From Nitrospira sp. (lineage in GTDB: Bacteria; Nitrospirota; Nitrospiria; Nitrospirales; Nitrospiraceae), in contig JAFEBH010000025.1 in assembly GCA_018242765.1 (NCBI GenBank), positions 140,858-204,857 of the forward strand: 64,000 bases of DNA. Reading direction: 5' to 3'. Position numbers and translations under genes: made by a program. The notes below the pieces were generated by a model. That model searched no databases, was not told the DNA's origin, and was given only the letters and a program-made list of their open reading frames with translations. This document shows, piece by piece, positions 54,708-64,000 of this stretch (positions within the stretch are counted from its first letter, which is position 1; the number at the start of each line of letters is the position of its first letter).

Positions 54708-55061
54708 TTATCGGAGCAGCAATATCAGGACCAACCCCAGTGACACCACCACCATCACTCCCATGGCGAGACATAGCGTGAGAAGACGTCGATACCGATG
54801 TTCCGCCGGAACCATACCCTGTTCGAGCGTCTCGAGCGCTGCTCGCATTTGTGTCGCCAAGTCCTTGATGTCGGTGTCGTTCCGTGCCACTGCAGCCTGA
54901 AGCTCAGTAATCTGCTGTTGCAGCGTCGCCATCTGATCGCCAGGCACATCGCCACGCTTTTTAGTAAACACAGGAGCCGCAGCAGACAAGATGGTCCCCA
55001 CATGCGGCAGTGCGACTTTCAACGCAGGAAGGAACCAAGCCGGCATCGTTGAAGACCTCAC
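54708..55061 (-). CDS. Small coiled-coil protein with a C-terminal TM anchor
   Basis: 117 aa. The C-terminus is LLTLCLAMGVMVVVSLGLVLILLL. Confidence 0.4.
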   Translation of the reverse strand: MRSSTMPAWFLPALKVALPHVGTILSAAAPVFTKKRGDVPGDQMATLQQQITELQAAVARNDTDIKDLATQMRAALETLEQGMVPAEHRYRRLLTLCLAMGVMVVVSLGLVLILLLR

Positions 55062-55070
55062 GAAGGCGGT

Positions 55071-56144
55071 TTGAATCGGATTAGCAACTCAGATTCATTA
55101 TGCAGTGAAATTGTCTCTGAATCGCGCGTTATTCTCACAATGGCTCAATCACTTGTCAATCCCTCTCAGTTCACCCTCCCATCTGAAAGGATTCCTCCTC
55201 TCGTCCCATATCCTCCTGTGACTGCCATACACCGCCAGGCCACTCAGGAGGAGTCTATGGAGCAAGGCAACGGCACGAGCCAAGCGAACACACCGACTTT
55301 CCGGCGTGATCCCCGCCTCTATCAAATTGTCAGCCTGTCGACTCTCCTTCTCTACGGCCTCTTCTGGCTTCATTTCGATGTCTCAATCTGGCAGATCCTC
55401 ATCACACTCGGTGTCGCCCAACTGACCCAGTATGCCGGCACCCGTTATTTCAACCTCCCTTTCTTTGATCCTAAGAGCGCACTGATTTCCTCTCTTTCAC
55501 TATGCCTTCTACTTCGCACCAATGATCTTGCAGTTGCTGCTCTAGCCTCGTTCATTGCCATTGGTAGCAAGTTCGTCATCCGCTGGAAGAACAAACACAT
55601 CTTCAATCCGACGAATCTTGCTCTTGTTGTCATGCTCGTGAGTGGTCTCGGCTGGATTTCTCCTGGACAATGGGGACAGGTGGCTTGGTTCGGCTTTCTG
55701 GTCGCGTGTCTTGGGAGCCTTGTCATAACACGAGCAGCTCGCGCCGATGTCACACTGGCATTTCTGACCTTCTATATCGGACTGCTCATCGCCCGAGCTC
55801 TGTGGCTTGGTGATCCATTGACGATTCCACTGCATCAGGTTGAGAGTGGCGCACTGCTCATTTTCTCCTTCTTCATGATTTCCGATCCCAAGACGACACC
55901 GGACTCACGATGCGGGCGGATCCTGTTTGCGCTGATCGTCGCCCTCACCGCCCTCTACACCCAATTCGGATTTTTCAAACCCAATTGCCTGCTGTGGGGA
56001 CTCATCATCTGTTCACCAATCGTGCCGTTCATTGACCGACTCTTGCCAGGTCTTCATTACAACTGGTTGAGACCAACTATCGGTCACGGTTCTGTGCCTG
56101 TTCAACTGACTCCGGTGCTTCAACCACAAAGGAGGTTTTCATGA
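55071..56144 (+). CDS. RnfD/NqrB-like polytopic membrane protein
   Basis: DPRLYQIVSLSTLLLYG...GSKFVIRWKNKHIFNPTNLALVVML...FMISDPKTTP. The probable start is the internal Met at 55257. Confidence 0.6.
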   Translation: MNRISNSDSLCSEIVSESRVILTMAQSLVNPSQFTLPSERIPPLVPYPPVTAIHRQATQEESMEQGNGTSQANTPTFRRDPRLYQIVSLSTLLLYGLFWLHFDVSIWQILITLGVAQLTQYAGTRYFNLPFFDPKSALISSLSLCLLLRTNDLAVAALASFIAIGSKFVIRWKNKHIFNPTNLALVVMLVSGLGWISPGQWGQVAWFGFLVACLGSLVITRAARADVTLAFLTFYIGLLIARALWLGDPLTIPLHQVESGALLIFSFFMISDPKTTPDSRCGRILFALIVALTALYTQFGFFKPNCLLWGLIICSPIVPFIDRLLPGLHYNWLRPTIGHGSVPVQLTPVLQPQRRFS

Positions 56145-57490
56145 ATCCTGTACTCGGCCCCATCATGACCTTTGCCATAAGTCTATTTCTCTGGTGCAGT
56201 GAAGCATCAGCATTCTGCGGATTTTATGTCGGCAAAGCGGATACCAAGCTCTTTAACAAAGCATCCGAAGTTGTCATTACTCGCCATGACAACAAGACCG
56301 TCATCACAATGGCCAATGACTTCAAGGGCGATGTGAAGGAATTTGCAATGGTTGTCCCAGTACCAACCGTGCTGGAGAAAGACCAGATCCACATCGGCGA
56401 TCCGTCCGTGCTGAAACACCTGGCCGATTACTCGGCGCCTCGGCTCGTCGAATACTTCGATCCCAACCCTTGTCAGGCGCCATCCCCGGAAAGTCGTGTC
56501 ATGGACATGATGGCGAAGTCGGCTGCGGCTCCGGCGAGACAAGAACGAGAAAAGGCGCTCGGCGTGACCGTTGAAGCACAGTATGCAGTCGGCGAATACG
56601 ACATCCTTATTCTCTCAGCCAAGGAAAGCACCGGTCTCGAAACCTGGCTGAGTGAAAACGGGTACAAGATGCCAAAGGGAGCGTCACCTGTGCTCCAGAG
56701 TTACTTAAAACAGCGCATGAAGTTCTTTGTGGCCAAGGTGAATGTGTCCGAACAATCCAAGCTTGGCTTTACCCATCTGCGTCCTCTCCAAATTGCGTTT
56801 GAATCACCCAAGTTCATGTTGCCGATCCGGCTCGGGACGGTGAATGCCGACGGGACACAAGAACTCTTCATCTATACCCTGACACAGCAAGGCCGCGTCG
56901 AAACAACAAACTACCGAACGATTCGGTTACCGGAAGCCCAGGAGATTCCGCTCTATGTCAAAGACAAGTTCGGCGAGTTCTATCAAGACCTGTTCTCGCA
57001 GCAAGTGAAACGCGAGAGTGAGCGAGGCGTATTCCTTGAGTATGCCTGGGATATGAATTGGTGTGATCCCTGCGCCGCGAACCCGTTATCGGCTGAAGAG
57101 CTGCGGAGTTTGGGCGTTTTTTGGCAAGACAACCCTAAGGTGGTGGAGCACGGACGACCGTTCATGCCACAGGCGCAGAACGTCTTTCTCACAAGACTGC
57201 ACGTTCGCTACGATGCCGCCCACTTTCCAGAAGACCTCATGTTTCAGGAAACGTCCGATCGGAATAATTTCCAAGCCCGCTATATCCTTCGCCATCCATG
57301 GACCGGCATTGACGACTGTCCCACCGCAACCACCTATCGAGAACAGTTGCGGGAACGGTATGAGCGTCAAGCACAGACACTCGCCAATCTGACCGGGTGG
57401 AACATCGGAGAGATTCGCAAGGCCATGAACCTCGCCTCATTGCCGGGAGACGCGGATAAGAAATGGTATCAGCGCTTGTGGGTAGACTGA
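56141..57490 (+). CDS. DUF2330 domain protein (secreted)
   Basis: Signal peptide followed by FCGFYVGKADTKLFNKASEVVITRHDNKTVITMANDFKGDVKEFAMVVPVP. 4-nt overlap with the upstream gene. Confidence 0.75.
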   Translation: MNPVLGPIMTFAISLFLWCSEASAFCGFYVGKADTKLFNKASEVVITRHDNKTVITMANDFKGDVKEFAMVVPVPTVLEKDQIHIGDPSVLKHLADYSAPRLVEYFDPNPCQAPSPESRVMDMMAKSAAAPARQEREKALGVTVEAQYAVGEYDILILSAKESTGLETWLSENGYKMPKGASPVLQSYLKQRMKFFVAKVNVSEQSKLGFTHLRPLQIAFESPKFMLPIRLGTVNADGTQELFIYTLTQQGRVETTNYRTIRLPEAQEIPLYVKDKFGEFYQDLFSQQVKRESERGVFLEYAWDMNWCDPCAANPLSAEELRSLGVFWQDNPKVVEHGRPFMPQAQNVFLTRLHVRYDAAHFPEDLMFQETSDRNNFQARYILRHPWTGIDDCPTATTYREQLRERYERQAQTLANLTGWNIGEIRKAMNLASLPGDADKKWYQRLWVD

Positions 57491-57567
57491 CCGAACGTGT
57501 GGCCGGCACAGTCGGCCTGGCTGTGCCGGCAATGACTCGATGCCGACGCGAGATGAACTGGAAGGGT

Positions 57568-58482
57568 CTACACCTCAAGAGAGAATGAGGTCGAAGTCTC
57601 TGTAATCCTCTGATAGGCGATAAGCAAATTGTGACTGGATGTCAACGGTTCATCCGGACGTAGCCTATCCTCGGCTACATGTCGGTGATCATCCGTCGTA
57701 GATCCTGGCTCTTGTCGTAATTCCTTGGCGAGCTGCTCGCGTACCTTGTCGAGGAGCGCCGGCAGATGATGTCGAACTTTTTCGGTATCGATTCTCAGTT
57801 CATTCAAGGCGTCGAAAACCTGCTTCATCAATGCAGCGAATTGCTCGCCGTTCACCGGTGCCACAAGATGCGTTGCGTCAACGGAGTTAGGTGACGGGGT
57901 GGGCACCGTGGTACCGTCGGACGACTGCGGGATCACCGCCGCCGCCCCTGGCGCCCCACCCGGGGTAACGCCTGAAACCGACACAACCGTCACGGACCGG
58001 ACAATCTCGATGCTGAGATCCAGACTGGAGAGACTCTCCAGCCCATGAAACCCGTCGGCGAGGTGAACAGTTTGGGCCTTGGCCTCCTCATCATCCCCTT
58101 GAAAGAATCCACGAAAGATACTCGAGACGTTTTCAAACAATTTCTCGAGGTCCGTCACTTCGGCCTCGTTGAGATCTCCACTGACTGCCACGCCGAAATT
58201 GCGAGCACGTGCACTCTGCGCCAACCCAGCGCTGACAGTCCCAGTTCCTTGCGAAGTCTCAATAGAGGACTGGAGAGAACCGGCTTTATACTCCTCATCA
58301 ATATCGGCCACCAGCGTCACTCGGTCGCCATCGGCCGTGATCACATTCAACCGTCCTGAAAATTCATGTGAGATCGAGAGCCCGCTGATCTTGGTATCCA
58401 GTCGCTGGATTCCCCCATCCGATCGTGACCCCAGACTGAAGAGTTGTTGTGGATCAAACGATGTGAGGGACTGAACCTGCAT
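57568..58482 (-). CDS. Acidic hypothetical protein
   Basis: 304 aa ORF with coding-like composition and no recognisable motif. Confidence 0.45.
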   Translation of the reverse strand: MQVQSLTSFDPQQLFSLGSRSDGGIQRLDTKISGLSISHEFSGRLNVITADGDRVTLVADIDEEYKAGSLQSSIETSQGTGTVSAGLAQSARARNFGVAVSGDLNEAEVTDLEKLFENVSSIFRGFFQGDDEEAKAQTVHLADGFHGLESLSSLDLSIEIVRSVTVVSVSGVTPGGAPGAAAVIPQSSDGTTVPTPSPNSVDATHLVAPVNGEQFAALMKQVFDALNELRIDTEKVRHHLPALLDKVREQLAKELRQEPGSTTDDHRHVAEDRLRPDEPLTSSHNLLIAYQRITETSTSFSLEV

Positions 58483-58613
58483 GACCTATTCTCTGTCTTA
58501 CCAAGATGAGAAGAAGACCGTCCTGTCACTCACCTATCGGTGCACAGACGACCGAACTTGAGGAACTCTATGTTATAGTGACGCCAATGTCCCTATCGAC
58601 ATGGAGGTCCACA

Positions 58614-59012
58614 ATGCAGAACCGTTTACAATGTTTGGCAGTCGTGGGTGCAAGTCTAGTGCTGGGACTGACCGGCTGCACGATCAAATCCACCGTGAAA
58701 GAAATCACTGATACCACGTCCAACATCACAGGGACGACATCAGGGGCAGCCTGGTGGAGCGAGGATGGCCAGCTCAAACCGGACTTCAAGGCAACGGCCT
58801 TTGTGACTTTTAATCAGGCGAATCTCCAACAGGATTTGGCAGCAGGACGAGGCGAGTACCTGGCGTCGATGGGCAGACTGTTGGGAGTGTCGGCTGACCG
58901 CGAACCAGCCTTTTTCTCTGCCGTCCAAGCCAGCTATACCAAGACAGTTGATCAGAGTCCCGGAGAGCTGCTTGCGCTTCTGCGCGAAACATCAAAACCG
59001 TTCGTGCACTGA
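58614..59012 (+). CDS. DUF3015-like lipoprotein
   Basis: MQNRLQCLAVVGASLVLGLTGC lipobox, followed by FVTFNQANLQQDLAAGRGEYLASMGRLLGV. Confidence 0.55.
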   Translation: MQNRLQCLAVVGASLVLGLTGCTIKSTVKEITDTTSNITGTTSGAAWWSEDGQLKPDFKATAFVTFNQANLQQDLAAGRGEYLASMGRLLGVSADREPAFFSAVQASYTKTVDQSPGELLALLRETSKPFVH

Positions 59013-59020
59013 TCAGTAAA

Positions 59021-62000
59021 TCAAGCAGGCTGCTGAACGGTTGCCGAACCAGGCGGTTCGGCAACCGTGAGGTCAGCGTGGCGCCCGATCACCGTGCGGA
59101 CCACTGCGCCATCTCTCAATACGAGAAAGTTTGTGGGTATGGCAGAAACACGAGGGCCCGGCAGGATCACCCCGGCGAGGTTCAATGGGTCTGTGGCTGA
59201 CAGTTTGATCTCTTGCCCTGTCCCTGGCGATGCAGTCATTTTCCTGATCGCTCGCAAGCCCTCCACCGCTTCAGGCAACGCGAATTGTTCTCCTGTGAAT
59301 CCGTCGACGAACCGGCCGCCGCGCACTTCCCCGGCCATCTCCATCCTCCGATACTGCACCAACAGATCTCGCCACGAAGAAACTAGCGATTCACGCACCA
59401 ACAGATCTCGAAACACCACGCCGTAGCGGCGGAGCAATTGCTGAGCCACGTGTTCGCTTACACTGACAGCCGACAGCCGGTCGCTCTCAGCTGTCCGCAA
59501 CAGCGACCACCGGCCGGCCGAGTGCCGAGGCCGCCGCGATCGCTCACGCCCTTCAGCGCGACGTCGATGCGGGTCCATGAGCGCCCGAAGATTATCGAAT
59601 CCATCAGCCGTGACCAACCCAGCCGCCACCAATTCCCACAATCCCTGTTCCACTTCCGTCGCAAGATGATTGGTGCTCCTCACAAGATCACCGAAGAAAC
59701 TGGCGCCCTGTTGCTGCAGCGTACGATAGAGATCTTGTCCCACTGCACTCAACGGTGCGAAAGGATCAAGACCCTCTACAGCCACATCACGATAGTACGC
59801 AGTGAGCAACCAGTTCCTCTCGTCGCGAGGAAAGACACTGATGGGCGCAAGGCTGGTAGGAGTGATGCGCCGCCGCTCCATCCCGCCACCCTGAGTCAAT
59901 TTCGGATGAGGTGAGAGACGCCCCCAGCTCACCGCTCCACTCAGACACAGTCTGTCTAACAGTTCCGGTTCGTACTTGGCCATGCGGACTCGTAAAAGCT
60001 GTGGCTCCCAGGCAGAGGCTGCAGCTTCAAACCCGGCTAGCTGTTTGATCACCTCAGTCAGCCCCGCCTCACCATGCTGACGAGCCCCTGGCATCACATG
60101 CTGCCATTGCAGCAAGAATCGCATGAAGTCCGACGCTGTGACCGGCTCCACTTCCTTGCGCAAGATGCCGATCGTCAGGCGATGGATCCGAGCTAACAGG
60201 CGGCGGTGACACCATTCCGACGTAGAAACGATCGAGAGGACTGAGGACTGCCCTTCGACAGGCTCAGAGTCCCGAGCACCGTCGAGGGAAGGACTGAGTG
60301 CTGATATTCCTCGGAATCGACCACGGAGAACTTGCCCCTGCCCTTCCAATCTCATCATCGCTGTCTCCACTGCGGGCGATGGCACATGCAGCCGATGGGC
60401 CAATTCGTCTATCGTTGTCGGGCCAATGCTCTCCATCCACCCCAACACGATCACATCGAGCATTGAGTCATCCCTACCCGTTAATACTTGTTCGACTCTC
60501 TCATGATATTCTGTCGCACTCCATCCCCTCACTCCTAACCCCTCACCCCTCACGGTGAGTAGGAGTGCCCGCCCGGATTCCACAAGTTCTGGTAAATAGG
60601 AGACCCACTGTGTGGCTTCAGACTCCGGCACCCAGACCAAGGTCAACAGTGCATCGTGCAGTTCATCGGCATCACGCACCAGCGGCCATGATTCACGGCC
60701 CACTTCCTCAATCGCCTTCGGATCGAGCGCGCCGATCTCTCCAAGCAGTTCCGGCGGCAAGGTCCGCCGTAGTTCAACTGCACGAGATCGCCGTTCCTCC
60801 AATGGGGCATCGTCCAGAAAGGCATAGGGATTGGCATTGAGAATTTCATGGGAAAAGCCTGACGGCGCCGGCGTCTCCACCGCCACACAGCGGATCGCGC
60901 CGGATTCGACCCGTCGGAGAACCTCCGTGAGCCCCTCCACATCCATCGCCTCCGTCAGACAGTCGCGCAGTGTCTCCTGTACCAGCGGATGGTCAGGAAT
61001 GTGTCGGGCCGCCCGTTGCCCTGTGAGGTTTTCCTGGCAAGCGATCGCATCAGGAAAGACCGCAGCCAACAAATCCTCTGCTTTCATCCGCTGAATCTGC
61101 GGAGGAACTTTCCTGCCGTTGGAAAAACGCAGCAGCGCCAGCGCTCGTGACACATTCCATCGCCAGCGGGTGGTGAACATCGGCGCGAGTAGGACGGCCT
61201 GGATCAAGACCTCACGCACCGTCTTGGAGTGGAGATAGCCGAAGACAGATTCAAGCGGAAAACTGTGCTTCTCACCGAGCGAGATTACAAGACCATTGTC
61301 CGTCGCCGCAGCCTGTAACTCGAAGTCGAATGTCACACAGAACCGTTTGCGCAGCGCCAGCCCCCAGGCCTTGTTGATCCGTCCGCCGAATGGTGCGTGG
61401 ATCACCAGCTGCATCCCGCCGCTTTCATCGAAGAACCGTTCGGCGACAATGGTATCTTGCGTCGGGACTACGCCAAGCACACCCTTTCCTGCCAACACAT
61501 ATTCAATCGCCTGTTGAGCGCCCCGTTGATCGAGTCCGCATGCGTGGTGAAGCCACTGAACAGGTGAGGCGTAAGAGGTCAAGGGTGAAGAAGTTCCGTT
61601 CGCAATTCTATCAATCTCAGCGCGCAATAACGCCACTTCCGCGGAGAGTTCGGTTGTACGGGAAGGAGCCTCGCCGCGCCAGAAGGGAATGCTGGGTGGT
61701 GCACCGTGAGCATCCTCCACCCGCACCTTGCCCATTTCAACGCCTTTGATCCGCCAGGATGTGTTGCCGAGCAACATGATGTCGCCGGCGAGACTCTCCA
61801 CGGCAAAATCTTCATCCACCGTGCCCACCACCGTACCGTCCGGCTCTGCCACCACCGCATAGTTCGCTGTGTCGGGAATCGCGCCACCGGAGGTGATCGC
61901 CGCAAGCCTCGCCCCACGCCGCCCCTTGATCCGACCGTTAATACGGTCATGGTACAGATAGGCCAACCCTCTTCCTCGGTTGGTGGCGATCCCTTCCGTC

Positions 62001-63424
62001 AACATGCGGACGATCCGATCAAACGTTGCCCGCTCTAGATGACGATAGGGATCAGCACAGCGCACAAGCGTAAACAGGTCCTCTTCCGTCCAGCTCTGGG
62101 TCGCTGCCGCCGCGACGATCTGTTGAGCCAGGATATCCAATGGTGCCGATGGGACCTCTATGCGATCCAACGTTCCATTCTTGATCGCACAGATCAGCGC
62201 CGCACATTCGAGTAATTCGTCTCTCGTCGTGGCGAACAGGCGGCCTTTTGGAATGGCCTTGATCCAGTGGCCGGCACGACCGATTCGCTGGAGACAGGTC
62301 GCAATCGCTCTCGGTGAACCGATCTGGCAAACCAGATCGACGGTGCCCACATCAATGCCGAGTTCCAGTGATGCCGTTGCCACGACCACGCGCGTCTTGC
62401 CCGACTTCAAGCGTTCCTCGGCTGATAAACGGATTTGCCGTGAGAGGCTGCCGTGATGGGCCGCGACCGCGTCAGGCCCGAGATTCGAAAGCCGTTCCTC
62501 CAGATAGTGCGAGACCCTCTCGGCCAAGCGGCGTGTATTGACGAACACCAAGGTCGTGCGATGTTCTCGCACCAATTCAGCCAACCGGTCGTAGATATCG
62601 GACCAGATCGCATTGGTGGCAATGGCACTCAGCTCATCTTTTGGTACTTCAACCGCGAGATCCATCTGGCGGGTGTGGCCGACGTTGATGATACGGCAGA
62701 GGGCTGAAGGCTGAGGACTCGGGACTGAGTAGAGATCAGTTGATAGAGCACGTTTGCCCACAAGAAATGCGGCCACGGTTTCAATGGGGCGTTGCGTAGC
62801 GGAGAGGCCGATACGCTGCGGCTTCGTGAACGTCAACGCTTCCAGCCGTTCGAGTGACAGCGCCACATGGGCACCACGTTTATTTGGCGCAAGGGCATGG
62901 ATCTCATCGACAATCACTGTGCGCACTGTCTGCAACAGCCGTCGGCTCTTGTCAGCCGTCAGTAAGATGAAGAGAGACTCCGGCGTCGTCACGAGAATGT
63001 GCGGCGGCCGCTTGAGCATCTGCTGTCGATCCGCCATCGGGGTATCGCCGGTACGGACCAGCACGCGCAACTCCGGCATCATGAGTCCGGCTTGAAGTGC
63101 ACGCTCACCGATCTCGGCAAGAGGCTTCTGGAGATTTTTCTGGATGTCGTTACTCAGGGCCTTCAGCGGGGAAACGTAAAGCACCTGAGTGTGATCATCA
63201 AGCTCGCGATTGAGGGCTTGCTTGAAGAGGTGGTCAATGCAGGAGAGAAAGGCTGCGAGGGTCTTGCCCGATCCGGTCGGTGCCGCGATCAGTGCATCTG
63301 CTCCAGACTGAATCGCTGGCCACGCCTGTTGCTGAACCTCCGTTGGTTCACCGACCGACGACTGAAACCATTCAGCAATGAGGGGATGAAAACCCGAGAG
63401 CGGCATGGTGTGGAATCGTACCAC
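59021..63424 (-). CDS. lhr: Lhr-family large ATP-dependent DEAD/DEAH helicase
   Basis: 1467 aa. Contains APTGSGKTLAAFL and VIVDEIHAL, helicase motifs V-VI, and the long Lhr-type C-terminal extension. Confidence 0.9.
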   Translation of the reverse strand: MVRFHTMPLSGFHPLIAEWFQSSVGEPTEVQQQAWPAIQSGADALIAAPTGSGKTLAAFLSCIDHLFKQALNRELDDHTQVLYVSPLKALSNDIQKNLQKPLAEIGERALQAGLMMPELRVLVRTGDTPMADRQQMLKRPPHILVTTPESLFILLTADKSRRLLQTVRTVIVDEIHALAPNKRGAHVALSLERLEALTFTKPQRIGLSATQRPIETVAAFLVGKRALSTDLYSVPSPQPSALCRIINVGHTRQMDLAVEVPKDELSAIATNAIWSDIYDRLAELVREHRTTLVFVNTRRLAERVSHYLEERLSNLGPDAVAAHHGSLSRQIRLSAEERLKSGKTRVVVATASLELGIDVGTVDLVCQIGSPRAIATCLQRIGRAGHWIKAIPKGRLFATTRDELLECAALICAIKNGTLDRIEVPSAPLDILAQQIVAAAATQSWTEEDLFTLVRCADPYRHLERATFDRIVRMLTEGIATNRGRGLAYLYHDRINGRIKGRRGARLAAITSGGAIPDTANYAVVAEPDGTVVGTVDEDFAVESLAGDIMLLGNTSWRIKGVEMGKVRVEDAHGAPPSIPFWRGEAPSRTTELSAEVALLRAEIDRIANGTSSPLTSYASPVQWLHHACGLDQRGAQQAIEYVLAGKGVLGVVPTQDTIVAERFFDESGGMQLVIHAPFGGRINKAWGLALRKRFCVTFDFELQAAATDNGLVISLGEKHSFPLESVFGYLHSKTVREVLIQAVLLAPMFTTRWRWNVSRALALLRFSNGRKVPPQIQRMKAEDLLAAVFPDAIACQENLTGQRAARHIPDHPLVQETLRDCLTEAMDVEGLTEVLRRVESGAIRCVAVETPAPSGFSHEILNANPYAFLDDAPLEERRSRAVELRRTLPPELLGEIGALDPKAIEEVGRESWPLVRDADELHDALLTLVWVPESEATQWVSYLPELVESGRALLLTVRGEGLGVRGWSATEYHERVEQVLTGRDDSMLDVIVLGWMESIGPTTIDELAHRLHVPSPAVETAMMRLEGQGQVLRGRFRGISALSPSLDGARDSEPVEGQSSVLSIVSTSEWCHRRLLARIHRLTIGILRKEVEPVTASDFMRFLLQWQHVMPGARQHGEAGLTEVIKQLAGFEAAASAWEPQLLRVRMAKYEPELLDRLCLSGAVSWGRLSPHPKLTQGGGMERRRITPTSLAPISVFPRDERNWLLTAYYRDVAVEGLDPFAPLSAVGQDLYRTLQQQGASFFGDLVRSTNHLATEVEQGLWELVAAGLVTADGFDNLRALMDPHRRRAEGRERSRRPRHSAGRWSLLRTAESDRLSAVSVSEHVAQQLLRRYGVVFRDLLVRESLVSSWRDLLVQYRRMEMAGEVRGGRFVDGFTGEQFALPEAVEGLRAIRKMTASPGTGQEIKLSATDPLNLAGVILPGPRVSAIPTNFLVLRDGAVVRTVIGRHADLTVAEPPGSATVQQPA

Positions 63425-64000
63425 ACCCTACCAAGTAGCTCTATCGCGGGTCAGTCAAGAATCCCTGACTCACCCGGCTCACCTCCCTCGTTACCGATAC
63501 CGGTTGGTCCAGACATTCTTGCGCGTCCGGTCAGGCTGTCACCCTACGGCTACCGCATTGCCGCCGCTGTCGATTCTAATTTATGAAAGATTCGCATAGC
63601 TGCAGCCATGGCTCTCAATCAGGCACGTCGTCTGCCAACTTTTTGAGATCGAACTAGTCGGGCTGCTGCTGGTATCAGGCTACCAGCCAACAGCGGCATG
63701 CAGAGAAATGTGAGTCCCAGCACTAAAGCATGTATCATCATAGAGTCCTCCAAGGGAATAGCATTGTGTCCTCTCTCGGTTAATCCTTGGTCGGACTTTA
63801 CTGACAGTCCTTTCAGGACACGTCTCATCCATCTGCTACATTTCGGCCTAACACTCAAGTCGTCGGCCGCACGATGACCCTTCCCAGGTCGACCGCCACG
63901 CCAACAACGGACATGTCCGGTCCTTGAGACTCTCACCGGACGAGTTATCCACCGCAGTATGAAAGGCCCAACTATGTGGGTGTTCCTGATCATCCTGCTC

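Noticed and set aside
63619-63993. 124-aa minus-strand ORF at the right edge.
   Set aside because: It is an Arg-rich translation without motifs, has no RBS context and is truncated by the window. There is insufficient support.
1-64000. CRISPR arrays, rRNA genes, and IS elements or transposases.
   Set aside because: No regularly spaced short direct repeats were seen. No ORF has DDE, integrase or recombinase motifs. No rRNA-like sequence was seen.

Overview
Moderately high-GC bacterial chromosomal window. The taxon cannot be established from the sequence alone. The core of the window (about 4.9-30.8 kb, minus strand) is one tightly coupled operon of about 26 kb. It encodes a complete phage-tail-like contractile injection system of the eCIS/PLTS type. 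In transcription order it carries sheath, tube, a zinc-ribbon protein, a disordered tape-measure-like protein, a DUF4255 cap and an AAA+ ATPase. These are followed by two DUF4157-led cargo proteins (one with a tightly coupled small ORF), a second tube-like protein and a LysM/gpX-like protein. Next come a gpD-like hub, a gpV/VgrG-like spike, a PAAR-like tip, gp25, two gpJ-like wedge proteins and a gpI-like protein with a beta-helix domain. The operon ends with a DUF6519-like protein carrying a C-terminal transmembrane hairpin and a small membrane protein. No capsid, portal, terminase, integrase or T6SS membrane-complex genes are present. Two atypical (pseudo-receiver) regulators sit directly upstream of the sheath gene. 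The locus lies between tRNA-Gly plus a decayed vapBC module on one side and an AT-rich spacer plus tyrS on the other. The flanks are ordinary. Left flank: a B12-riboswitch-controlled ABC uptake operon and rpmB. Right flank: tyrS, comEA-like, lpdA, gcvH, ndk, a methyltransferase-glycosyltransferase fusion, an MFS transporter, a P450, an OmpA-like protein, a Sel1-repeat protein, a PFK-like/histidine-phosphatase pair, a DUF2330 pair and Lhr helicase. No CRISPR array, rRNA or transposase was seen. All functional calls come from reading motifs in the translated ORFs; no database search was run.
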